A stretch of 64,000 bases of DNA from Patescibacteria group bacterium (GTDB taxonomy: Bacteria; Patescibacteriota; Minisyncoccia; Phycocordibacterales; Phycocordibacteraceae): the NCBI GenBank assembly GCA_019752595.1, contig JAIELV010000001.1, positions 553,209-617,208 on the forward strand, given 5' to 3'. This document shows positions 44,159 through 52,926 of this stretch, one piece after another. Under the pieces are notes generated by a model. It ran no database searches, was not told where the DNA came from, and saw only the letters and a program-made list of their open reading frames with translations. The position numbers were made by a program, and so were the translations under genes. Position 1 is the first letter of the stretch. Each line of letters starts with the position of its first letter.

Positions 44159-46306
44159 TTATTTACGTGCGGCCTTGATGGTCTCCGCGACGTTTTGCGG
44201 TACGACTTCGTAGTGATCGAATTCCATAGTCATTGAACCTCGGCCTTCAGTCATCGAGCGAAGTGCGGTGGTATAACCGAACATTTCAGAAAGCGGTACT
44301 TTTGCGTTCACCACTTTTGCGAGTCCGCGGTCTTCCATGCTTTCAATCTGTCCGCGTTTCGAGGTGATGTGCCCAGTGATGTCACCCATGAATTTTTCAG
44401 GAACAACAATCTCCACTTTCATGATCGGCTCAAGAATAACGGGCTTTGCGCGCGCTGCAGCATCCTTGAATGCCTGTGAAGCAGCGATTTTGAAGGCGAT
44501 TTCCGATGAGTCGACGTCGTGGTACGAACCGTCGTTCAGCTCAAGTGAAATGTCTTCCATCTTGTAACCTGCAACGATACCGCGCTCCATTGCTTCCCTT
44601 ACACCCTTCTCAACAGCTGGAATGAATTCCTGAGGAATAACACCTCCCTTAATGTTGTTGATGAATTCGAAGTGGTCGTATCGCTTAACGTTGTTCTTAA
44701 TCTTTGCGCCTTCTTCCAATTTCTCGAGCGGTTTAATCTTGATGACGACGTGACCGTACTGACCCTTACCTCCTGTTTGCTTGATGTATTTGTTGTCGGC
44801 TTCAGCTTCTTTTTGAATCGTCTCACGGTACGCCACCTGTGGCTTGCCTGTGTTTGCGTTCACATTGAACTCGCGCTTCATGCGGTCAATGATAATTTCC
44901 AGGTGCAGCTCACCCATGCCTGAAATAATGGTTTCCATTGTTTCAGTGTCAGACGACACGCGGAATGTTGGATCTTCGTCAGAAAGTTTCTTCATCGCAA
45001 GACCCATTTTTTCTTGGTCCGCTTTTGTTGCTGGTTCAATTCTCATTGAAACCACTGGTTCAGGGAATTTAATTTCCTCCAACACAATTGGGTTCTCTTC
45101 GTCAGAAAATGTGTGCGATGTTTTTGCTTCTTTAAGTCCTACGGCTGCAGCGATTTCTCCTGCAAACACCTCTTTCACTTCTTCACGCTTGTCCGCCTGC
45201 AGACGCACAATGCGTCCAAGGCGTTCCTTCGTGCCTGTTGTTGAGTTGTAGATGTATGAGCCAGCTGCAATTGAGCCTGAGTACACGCGGAAGAATGTCA
45301 GCGCACCGACGAATGGGTCTGTCTGAAGTTTGAACGCGAGCGCACAGAACGGTTCACTGTCCGATGCGTTTCGAATAACCTCTTCCCCTGTTTTCGGGCT
45401 AATGCCTTTTACAGGAGGAATGTCCAACGGTGACGGAAGGTATTCAACGACGGCATCCAAAACCAGCTGAACGCCTTTGTTTTTCAAAGCGGAACCTGCA
45501 AACACAGGAACAATTTTGTTTTCAATGACTGCCTTTCTGAGAATTTTCTTCAACTCAACTATCGAGGGCTCCTTGCCTTCAAGGTATGCGTTCATCGCAA
45601 CGTCGTCTTCAGCAACAATTTTTTCAATCAATTCCGCGCGGTACTTTGCGGCATCAGCTTTCAAATTTTCAGGAATTGCCTCACGACGGATAGTCTCGCC
45701 CATGTCGCCGTCAAAATACACAGCGTCGTTTTCGAGAAGATCAATAACTCCGTTGTGCTCTCCTTCTTCGCCGATAGGAATCTGCATACGAACCGCTTGC
45801 TTGGTGAGACGATCAAGAATAGAAGCGTACGAGCGTTCAAAAGAAGCACCCGTTCTGTCCAATTTATTGATGAAACAAATGCGTGGCACTTTTCCTTCGT
45901 CCGCATAGCGCCAGTTAGTTTCCGACTGTGGCTCGACGCCTGCAACGCCGTCAAACACCACAACCGCTCCGTCCAAAACGCGAAGCGAGCGCTTCACCTC
46001 GACGGTGAAGTCGATGTGTCCAGGGGTGTCGATAATATTGAAACGAATTTTCTGAGCTGTATCTTTTTTATCAGCAACGTATGTCGGTGACCAGAAACAC
46101 GTAACCGCAGCTGCCGTAATAGTGATGCCGCGCTCGCGCTCCTGTTCCATCCAGTCAGTGGTGGTCTCACCTTCGTGCACCTCACCGATTTTGTGCTGAG
46201 AGCCTGTGTAGTACAGCACGCGTTCTGAGGTCGTAGTCTTACCTGCGTCAATGTGCGCAATGATTCCGAAGTTTCGGGTACGGTCGAGTGGGTAGTCGCG
46301 TGCCAT
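44159..46306 (-). CDS. fusA: Elongation factor G
   Basis: NFGIIAHIDAGKTTTSERVLYYTG and the five-domain EF-G, 715 aa. Confidence 0.95.
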   Translation of the reverse strand: MARDYPLDRTRNFGIIAHIDAGKTTTSERVLYYTGSQHKIGEVHEGETTTDWMEQERERGITITAAAVTCFWSPTYVADKKDTAQKIRFNIIDTPGHIDFTVEVKRSLRVLDGAVVVFDGVAGVEPQSETNWRYADEGKVPRICFINKLDRTGASFERSYASILDRLTKQAVRMQIPIGEEGEHNGVIDLLENDAVYFDGDMGETIRREAIPENLKADAAKYRAELIEKIVAEDDVAMNAYLEGKEPSIVELKKILRKAVIENKIVPVFAGSALKNKGVQLVLDAVVEYLPSPLDIPPVKGISPKTGEEVIRNASDSEPFCALAFKLQTDPFVGALTFFRVYSGSIAAGSYIYNSTTGTKERLGRIVRLQADKREEVKEVFAGEIAAAVGLKEAKTSHTFSDEENPIVLEEIKFPEPVVSMRIEPATKADQEKMGLAMKKLSDEDPTFRVSSDTETMETIISGMGELHLEIIIDRMKREFNVNANTGKPQVAYRETIQKEAEADNKYIKQTGGKGQYGHVVIKIKPLEKLEEGAKIKNNVKRYDHFEFINNIKGGVIPQEFIPAVEKGVREAMERGIVAGYKMEDISLELNDGSYHDVDSSEIAFKIAASQAFKDAAARAKPVILEPIMKVEIVVPEKFMGDITGHITSKRGQIESMEDRGLAKVVNAKVPLSEMFGYTTALRSMTEGRGSMTMEFDHYEVVPQNVAETIKAARK

Positions 46307-46588
46307 GGTTAATTTTATTATTTAATTTATTTTTTTCTATCTAAATCCAAGAAATTCCACATCGCGTCCCCCTGGCCTTTACTGATCGGGGAGAAGCCTC
46401 CCTGTCCCAAGACAAACGCTTCGCCTGGCGCAGACCTTTTCGGACGTCTTTCATTACTGCCCTGTTCTTGGGCTTCAGAACGCCCCCCTTCGATTACTTT
46501 TGGTTTCCAGACCATACATCAGTAAAAACAAAAACGCCGAAGCGTTACAAGCAAGAATACTGGAGATTGTAAAAAAATCAATCAATTA

Positions 46589-46783
46589 TTAGTCCCCTGT
46601 GCGTTTCGGCGCCTCCTTTCCAGTCAAACCAGCCCTTACAGCATTCAAATGTTCCAAGGCTCTTCCTCCTCCTGCTTGGCGCTGAAGTGCCTTAACGACG
46701 CGTGCAGCTTCCTCAGCATATCGAGCATTCACGGTTCGGATGAGAGCCGCCTCTTCATGCCCCATAACATTTCGACTTGTCAT
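46589..46783 (-). CDS. Small hypothetical ORF (64 aa) in the rpsG-fusA spacer
   Basis: Only an open frame. A terminator for rpsG lies upstream of it. Confidence 0.25.
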   Translation of the reverse strand: MTSRNVMGHEEAALIRTVNARYAEEAARVVKALQRQAGGGRALEHLNAVRAGLTGKEAPKRTGD

Positions 46784-46814
46784 ATTTCTAATGTACCGAA
46801 CTCCGACAAATACG

Positions 46815-46842
46815 CAATAAAAAAGCCCCAGTTTGGGGCTTT
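46815..46842 (-). terminator. Rho-independent terminator after rpsG (AGCCCCA-loop-TGGGGCT followed by TTTTTTATT on the minus strand)
   Basis: GC-rich hairpin with a T-run in the minus orientation, 90 nt downstream of the rpsG stop. Confidence 0.6.
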
Positions 46843-46935
46843 CGGGAACTACGATCGAGTGAGTGAGGGGAATGGAAATTTATTTACATTCCCGAACGAG
46901 CGATGATCGAAAGCAATTTGCCTTCGGCAAATTGC

Positions 46936-47406
46936 TTACCAAGCGAGATGGGCAAACGCGCGGTTTGATTCCGCCATGCGGTGCACGTCTTCGCGTTTCT
47001 TGATTGCAGAACCTTCGTTCTTCACTGCTGCCAAGAGTTCGTCAGCCAATTTTTGAGCCATCGGTTTACCTTTACCTGCGCGTGCTGCAGCCACAATCCA
47101 GCGGAATGCCAAAGAGCGACGGCGTTCAGGGCGTACTTCGCGTGGCACCTGGTAGTTTGCACCTCCCACGCGGCGTGAGCGTACTTCAACAGTCGGAGCG
47201 ACATTCTGAATTGCGGTTTCAAAGATAACTAGAGGGTCGGCAGATGCATCACGCTTCTTGATTTCATCAAGCGCGGCGTAAACCACCGAGCGAGCAACTG
47301 ATTTTTTACCGTCCTGCATGATGACGTTTATAAAACGTGCCAAAAGCTCAGACTGGTATTTAGCCTCGGGAGCAACGGTATGTTTATTTTTTATCTTTCG
47401 TCTCAT
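46936..47406 (-). CDS. rpsG: 30S ribosomal protein S7
   Basis: uS7 core ...ARFINVIMQDGKKSVARSVVYAAL...VEVRSRRVGGANYQVP. Confidence 0.95.
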   Translation of the reverse strand: MRRKIKNKHTVAPEAKYQSELLARFINVIMQDGKKSVARSVVYAALDEIKKRDASADPLVIFETAIQNVAPTVEVRSRRVGGANYQVPREVRPERRRSLAFRWIVAAARAGKGKPMAQKLADELLAAVKNEGSAIKKREDVHRMAESNRAFAHLAW

Positions 47407-47412
47407 GAAATA

Positions 47413-47823
47413 TTAGGCTTTCGGTCTCTTAGCACCGTATCGTGAGCGACCGCGGCGGCGTTTCTCCAAACCTGCAGTGTCCAAACGGCCACGGACAACT
47501 TTGTAGCGAAGTGAAAGGTCTTTTGTACGACCACCGCGGAGCATAACCACAGAGTGTTCCTGAAGGTTGTGACCTTCTCCTGGAATGTATGCCGTAACTT
47601 CCATTCCGTTTGAAAGACGGACGCGGGCAATTTTACGAACAGCTGAGTTCGGCTTTCTTGGAGTCTTTGTAGTTACTTTCGTGCACACACCGCGCTTGAA
47701 CGGAGATGGATAGAAAGTAGGACGGTTATTCAATACGTTAAAACCGCGCTGTAGCGCTGTTGTTTTGCTCTTCCTCTTCTTGATAGTGCGAGGTTTGCGT
47801 CTGAGTTGATTGATTGTGGACAT
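47413..47823 (-). CDS. rpsL: 30S ribosomal protein S12 (start at MSTINQL; an alternative start at 47844 would add 7 aa)
   Basis: [12 protein letters not shown]...[49 protein letters not shown], uS12. Confidence 0.9.
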   Translation of the reverse strand: MSTINQLRRKPRTIKKRKSKTTALQRGFNVLNNRPTFYPSPFKRGVCTKVTTKTPRKPNSAVRKIARVRLSNGMEVTAYIPGEGHNLQEHSVVMLRGGRTKDLSLRYKVVRGRLDTAGLEKRRRGRSRYGAKRPKA

Positions 47824-47921
47824 TTGTCTACGAAAAACTGCCACAAAGGCAGTGCGCGTACTATACAGAATCGCTATTTAAAAAGCAAGGATAAGAGTCA
47901 GAGAATGCCGAAAACCTCGCT

Positions 47922-47942
47922 GTGCTATACTTAGTATAGCAC
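47922..47942. repeat. REP unit copy GTGCTATACTTAGTATAGCAC (+ATTCTGGGGG), solitary, upstream of rpsL
   Basis: Identical 21-bp palindrome and ATTCTG tail as the RAYT-flanking copies. Confidence 0.6.
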
Positions 47943-47952
47943 ATTCTGGGGG

Positions 47953-48588
47953 TCAGAAGACAACCCCCGTCAGGAAACCGAAAATGGCACGAGTAATGCC
48001 TGAAAGCACTGGGGAGAGGAAGTTAAATATAACTATGAGGACAACGAGTAACCCTACTGGCCCAAGAGAGTAAGTTAGGTTCTCAAGTCCGCGATACTGA
48101 ATATAGAGAGCTGGCGGAAGAAATGCTGCAAGCACTTTTGAACCGTCCAACGGCGGGATAGGAAGCATGTTGAGAAGTGCGAGGCCCACATTGCTATAGG
48201 CAACCGCCGCAAGTATTTCCGTGCCACTCTCGGACATCACCCCTCCTGCGAATCGGATGACAAGTAGTGCAACAAAGGCAATAAGCATGTTTGTTGCGGG
48301 TCCTGCAAACCCTACGAGCGATTCACCCCACTTTCCGTACTTCAAGTTGTACGGATTTATGGGCACAGGCTTTGCCCACCCGAGTATGAAACCGCCAAGC
48401 ATAAAACCGATTCCTGGTATAAGCACTGAACCAACAGGATCGATGTGTGGAAAAGGATTGAGTGTCATCCTTCCCGCGTACTTTGCAGTTGGATCGCCGA
48501 GCCAGTACGCCACATAGCCGTGTGCAATCTCGTGAAGAATTATCGAAAAGATAATGAGCCCGAGAATTACAAAACCAATAGTTTCCAT
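47953..48588 (-). CDS. Site-2 protease-like peptidase M50 family membrane metalloprotease
   Basis: HEIAHG (HExxH) inside a TM helix and a multi-TM layout typical of M50B. 211 aa. Confidence 0.7.
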   Translation of the reverse strand: METIGFVILGLIIFSIILHEIAHGYVAYWLGDPTAKYAGRMTLNPFPHIDPVGSVLIPGIGFMLGGFILGWAKPVPINPYNLKYGKWGESLVGFAGPATNMLIAFVALLVIRFAGGVMSESGTEILAAVAYSNVGLALLNMLPIPPLDGSKVLAAFLPPALYIQYRGLENLTYSLGPVGLLVVLIVIFNFLSPVLSGITRAIFGFLTGVVF

Positions 48589-48634
48589 GCGTATAAGTGT
48601 ACAGCGCGCAGGCTAAAGGGTACAGTTGATGTGA

Positions 48635-49324
48635 ATGCCGCAAAAAGATTTCTGGAACAAACAGTATAAAAATCCTACGCACCTTGAACTTTCAGACACG
48701 GCTTCTGAGGATTTGGAAAAATTTACTCGCTATCTTCTGCGCGAGCACGGGAAGAAATTTTTAAATGTCACCACGAAAACAGTGGACTTGGGTTGCGGGA
48801 ACGGAAGGAACCTTATTTATCTTGCCAAAGAATTTGGCGTCCACGGATTCGGGTACGACACTTCTAAGGAAGCGATCATGCAGGCACGCAAAAACGCAGG
48901 AGGGCTTCAGCTCACCTTCGAAGTCGGCTCCATTGCAGATCCAATTCCTCTTCCTGATTCATCAGTCATGCTGGCCCTCGACATGATGAGCTCGCATGTA
49001 CTTCTTCGCCATGAGCGCGAGCATTTGCGCTCAGAAATACTCCGCGTGCTTCGGCCTGGCGGTTGGCTTTTCTTTAAGTCATTCCTTTTGGACGATGACT
49101 TGAATGCTGAGCGCATGCTTCGCGAAAACCCTGGCCCTGAAATCGGCATGTACATGCATCCCGAAATCGGCGCGCCAGAATACGTGTGGACCGAACACGC
49201 ACTCAGAGAATTTTTCAATGGGTACCTAACAATTCATAAAATAGAAAAATCATTCAAACATCGCCACGCTGACGGCAGTGCGTGGAAACGCCGCACTATA
49301 TGTGCGTATCTTCAGAAAGTCTAG
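48635..49324 (+). CDS. Class I SAM-dependent methyltransferase
   Basis: Motif I VDLGCGNGRNLIYLA, acidic loop GYDTS, motif post-I. 229 aa. Confidence 0.75.
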   Translation: MPQKDFWNKQYKNPTHLELSDTASEDLEKFTRYLLREHGKKFLNVTTKTVDLGCGNGRNLIYLAKEFGVHGFGYDTSKEAIMQARKNAGGLQLTFEVGSIADPIPLPDSSVMLALDMMSSHVLLRHEREHLRSEILRVLRPGGWLFFKSFLLDDDLNAERMLRENPGPEIGMYMHPEIGAPEYVWTEHALREFFNGYLTIHKIEKSFKHRHADGSAWKRRTICAYLQKV

Positions 49325-49575
49325 TCTTCGGGCGGATATTCAAAATACGCTGGTGCCCCACTACAATTTCCGATTGGCCGAGCATCGTTCATCGCCTGAA
49401 TAATTTCGGGTTCATCAGCAAACATTACTTCAAAAAAGTGCGTACTACTTTCTCGTCCTTTCATGCACTCAAACCTCCGAGTCTTCTTTACTGCATCAAC
49501 AAAAATTACTAGGCGCGGACACATCGTGTCATGACGAAGACAAACTTTTTCCACATGGCCTTCAGGAATTGCCAT
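49321..49575 (-). CDS. Small Cys/His-rich protein, paralogue 2 of a tandem pair (84 aa)
   Basis: Shares HxEKVC(L)RH...C...ECMK...HFF...NC(S/T)GAP.(Y/F)F with the upstream ORF. Confidence 0.45.
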   Translation of the reverse strand: MAIPEGHVEKVCLRHDTMCPRLVIFVDAVKKTRRFECMKGRESSTHFFEVMFADEPEIIQAMNDARPIGNCSGAPAYFEYPPED

Positions 49576-49578
49576 AAC

Positions 49579-49884
49579 CTACTCCACCCGTCCCGTAATT
49601 AGAAAATCAGGAGCGCCAGTGCAATTTTCACCCTGAGGATCGCCAGGAAATGTTTTTAAATCGATTTTTCTGTAAAAGTGAGCCTGTTTATATCCAACGT
49701 TTGCTTTCATACACAAAGGTCCAGCACTACCGCCAACGGCCAAAAATTTGCAGGCTTTTTCTCCCTGCCCGTGACGGCACACTTTCTTTAAGTGTGCTTC
49801 ACTTGGAACAGGGTCTCCTGTCGCCTTTTCCTTTGCCACTGATGCCATACCCCTAGAGCCTACTCTTCTCGGTGTGCGCGTCAA
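49579..49884 (-). CDS. Small Cys/His-rich protein, paralogue 1 of a tandem pair (101 aa)
   Basis: HLKKVCRHGQGEKACKF...PLCMK...HFY...NCTGAPDF aligns with paralogue 2. The genes are 3 nt apart. Confidence 0.45.
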   Translation of the reverse strand: MTRTPRRVGSRGMASVAKEKATGDPVPSEAHLKKVCRHGQGEKACKFLAVGGSAGPLCMKANVGYKQAHFYRKIDLKTFPGDPQGENCTGAPDFLITGRVE

Positions 49885-49932
49885 GAACGCTGATTTGTCA
49901 AAAAAAGGCTCATATAGTAGTATGCTCGGACT

Positions 49933-50175
49933 ATGGCAAAGGAATGCGCAATCACTGGCAAATCATCCCTTACAGGAGGGCGCTATTCGAACAGAACTCG
50001 CGCAACCCAGTACAACCCTACGGTGAAGGTCCGCAGAAAGGCTAACCTCCAGAAGAGGAAGATTTTTATACCTGAACTCAACAAAACTATTACCTTGACC
50101 GTCTCTGCTCGCGCATTGAAGACCATCGGTAAGCGCGGTGCATACGCTACGCTTAAGAAAGCAGGCGTCGTTTAA
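49933..50175 (+). CDS. rpmB: 50S ribosomal protein L28
   Basis: MAKECAITGKSSLTGGRYSNRTRATQ...ITLTVSARALKTIGKRG follows the bL28 pattern (CxxTGK...TxxRVSxKxxRxIdKxG). Confidence 0.75.
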   Translation: MAKECAITGKSSLTGGRYSNRTRATQYNPTVKVRRKANLQKRKIFIPELNKTITLTVSARALKTIGKRGAYATLKKAGVV

Positions 50176-50385
50176 GCGATGTCAGAGAAGCCATCACTTG
50201 AGTACCTCAGATCTGAGCTTGACCGACTTGGCTGTAATGGGTCAGCTCGGATATATCGCGAAGCAAGGTCCGCGGGGTATGGAGTGTGCCTTCTGTGTTC
50301 TGCGTTGATGCGAAGTCCTTCAGGTCCATGCAATTCGTGCGGTTTCGGAACCACTCCTCTTGGTAGAAATGCGGATGTTGGAGCA

Positions 50386-51216
50386 CTAATGCCTGAGACT
50401 AGCCGTCTCGCCGTCTGAAACAAACGTAATCATTCCTTCCCTACACGTATCGAGTGTGGGGATTTTTAATTTCTCAAATAGCGCGACAACCGTTTCGTGT
50501 GGGTGACCATAACTGTTGCCGCATCCTCGAGAGAAAATAGCGTACTGCGGGTTGACCGCTGTCACAAAACTTTCTACGTTCGATGTTTTTGAGCCGTGGT
50601 GCCCCACTTTCAATACATCGCTCTGCAATTTTTCTCCGTAACTAGCGAGCAAAGATTTTTCTACCGAAAGCGGCGCATCGCCCGTCAACATAAATTCAAC
50701 TTCTCCGTACACCACACGCAGAATAATTGAACCTGCGTTTGTATCTTTAAGACTTGAAACGTCTGTGGTGGGATACAAAACATCTGCGTACACATCTTCC
50801 CCAAGCATGAATCGCATACCGCGCCGCGCGAGGATACGCGCGGCGTTTTCTGACTGCGCTCCCAACTCAAACGAACGCGTGAACGAAGTATTGTGAGAAA
50901 CTCCAGATTCAACAATTGTGCCGATATCGTACCTCTTCAGCACGTCCACCAGTCCGCCGATGTGGTCCTTGTCGGGGTGCGTGGCAACAACCGCATCAAT
51001 ACTCCTATCCCAAAACGGCATGCGATTTCCTAAACCACGAAGGACTGAAGAATCGGGCCCGCCGTCAATCAAAAGCTCAACGCCGTCTTTCGTTTGAATA
51101 AAAATCGCATCACCCTGTCCGACATCAAAAAAAGAAACCGTAAGCCCGTTCGGAGTCGGCACTGCGAAAACAATTGCACAGAGGGCAATCAAAACAAGAA
51201 TGAAAACAGCGCGCAT
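50386..51216 (-). CDS. ComEC-type metallo-beta-lactamase domain protein (C-terminal ComEC module as a separate ORF with its own signal/TM N-terminus)
   Basis: DVGQGDAIFIQT...ATHPDKDHIGG...VGHHGS motifs of the ComEC MBL domain. Confidence 0.7.
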   Translation of the reverse strand: MRAVFILVLIALCAIVFAVPTPNGLTVSFFDVGQGDAIFIQTKDGVELLIDGGPDSSVLRGLGNRMPFWDRSIDAVVATHPDKDHIGGLVDVLKRYDIGTIVESGVSHNTSFTRSFELGAQSENAARILARRGMRFMLGEDVYADVLYPTTDVSSLKDTNAGSIILRVVYGEVEFMLTGDAPLSVEKSLLASYGEKLQSDVLKVGHHGSKTSNVESFVTAVNPQYAIFSRGCGNSYGHPHETVVALFEKLKIPTLDTCREGMITFVSDGETASLRH

Positions 51217-51245
51217 GCCATAATGGTATCTCTAAACAAACATAT

Positions 51246-51818
51246 ATGTACACCGCTCAAAAATTCACCTTTAACGCTCTCGATGGGATTTCCGAGAAGC
51301 AGTTGGACGTTCATATAAAGCTTTACGAAGGCTACGTAAAATTTTTAAACACCCTTGAATCGGTGCAGGCGGATTTGATGAAAGACTCTGAGAAAAACGC
51401 GTACGCGCTTTCCGAAGTCACTCGCCGAATTGGATTCGAATGGAACGGTATGCGCATGCATGAACACTACTTCTCACAGTGGGAAGGCGCTCCCTCACCT
51501 ATCGGCGGGAAATTGGCGGAGGCGCTTTCGGCTCAGTATGGCTCGTACGATGCGTGGCTCGCCCAATTCAAAGGAGTTTCAATGATGCGCGGTATCGGTT
51601 GGGCAATACTTTCCTACGACGCGAAAACAAACCGCTTCACCAATCACTTCGTCGCCGACCACGAGCTTGGGCAATTGAACGGCCTCACCACGATTCTTGC
51701 CCTCGACATGTGGGAGCACGCCTTTATGGTAGATTACGTACCTGCTGAAAAAGCAAAATATGTAGAGGCTTTCTCCAAAAACCTGAACGGAGATGCTATA
51801 ACAAAACGCTATGGGTAA
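51246..51818 (+). CDS. sod: Superoxide dismutase, Fe/Mn family
   Basis: N-terminal helical hairpin with His ligands (MRMHEHYF...), C-terminal DMWEHAF metal-ligand motif. Confidence 0.85.
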   Translation: MYTAQKFTFNALDGISEKQLDVHIKLYEGYVKFLNTLESVQADLMKDSEKNAYALSEVTRRIGFEWNGMRMHEHYFSQWEGAPSPIGGKLAEALSAQYGSYDAWLAQFKGVSMMRGIGWAILSYDAKTNRFTNHFVADHELGQLNGLTTILALDMWEHAFMVDYVPAEKAKYVEAFSKNLNGDAITKRYG

Positions 51819-52245
51819 TCATGAGAGAAAAATAGCTACTGATGCGGGAGGGCGCCCGCTATCCCTTTTTGAGTTATTGATTGCAAACGGTTTCAGACTT
51901 GCCGTTAAAGAGCGAGAACAGAGGGCGCGAGAAAACAACGAACCTGAACCGCCGAGAGGAGGCGCAACAGGAATGTGGTCTTAATAAGCTAATGTATTGA
52001 AAGAATTATGGTTATAGAACTCGGCCCTGACAATGCGTATTTAAGAAGACAAGAAGCTCTAAAACGAGAAAAGCCGATTAAAGAAGAGGCGAAAATCCCC
52101 GTGCCGACGGAGGACCAGAAGCATTGGCTAGCAAGTGGTCGTGGCGTAGTGAGCGAGACAGATATTTTCTCTTAAGACGGCGGCACTGGAAAAGAGGTTT
52201 GCATAACAGGCAAGCGAATTTTACTTTTTACAAAAGTATTGTGTA

Positions 52246-52722
52246 GTGCTATACTCCCCCGCAATGAGCGCGGAAGGTGCACCAGCAGGAGGAGAAGTAG
52301 CGAATGACAATAAAAAATTGCCAGGGCCAGTTTGGTTTATTTCCGAAGTGCTAAAACCGATTCCTGTATTTGTGCCAATTGTCGGTGGTCTTGCGGTGAA
52401 GGGTGAAGAGGCTGGTCACAGTGACGACCACGGCGGCGGCCACGGTGATGAACACGGAGGAGGACATGGCGACGACCATGGCGGAGGTCATGGAGACGCG
52501 CACGGCGGAGATCATGGTGGTGGTCACGGAGATGCACATGGTGGTGGACACGGAGAAGCACATGGCGGTGAAGCGCATGGTGACGGCCATGGCGGTGAAC
52601 ACGGAGGTGGACACGGAACTGAAGCCGCGCACGGAGCTGAAGCAGCCCATGACGCTGATCCGCATGCCCCAGCAAATGATCACGCCCCAGCGCCTGCAGC
52701 GGCACACCGCACGGCGGCGTAA
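52246..52722 (+). CDS. His/Gly-rich repeat protein (about nine tandem HGGGHGD(E/D/A)-type heptads), putative metal-binding
   Basis: 21-nt tandem nucleotide repeats encode HGGGHGDEHGGGHGDDHGGGHGDAHGGDHGGGHGDAHGGGHGEAHGG... The start codon is uncertain. Confidence 0.55.
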   Translation: MLYSPAMSAEGAPAGGEVANDNKKLPGPVWFISEVLKPIPVFVPIVGGLAVKGEEAGHSDDHGGGHGDEHGGGHGDDHGGGHGDAHGGDHGGGHGDAHGGGHGEAHGGEAHGDGHGGEHGGGHGTEAAHGAEAAHDADPHAPANDHAPAPAAAHRTAA

Positions 52723-52926
52723 TAAATAATTTTAAACGTTATGACTGAAGGAGAAAAAGAAAAAGCAGGGATAGACACATCGGACACAGATGTTTCAGTG
52801 CCTACCACCAGAACTCCCGTTATTGTCCGCGCACCACGCACGCGAGCTGATGAACTAGACATTGAACGCCTACGCGAGCGTGGCTTCGACCCGCAAATAG
52901 CTTCTGAAGATAAAACTGAATAACCT

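Noticed and set aside
46327-46515. 62-aa minus-strand ORF in the rpsG-fusA spacer
   Set aside because: Low-complexity translation with no start context. Considered noise.
47824-47844. Longer S12 start ([14 protein letters not shown])
   Set aside because: The uS12 consensus begins at the internal Met (M-[PS]-T-I-N-Q-L), so the shorter start is preferred. The longer one is noted as an alternative.
50179-50418. 79-aa plus-strand ORF after rpmB
   Set aside because: Overlaps the 3' end of the ComEC-MBL gene on the opposite strand. No motif or RBS-like context.
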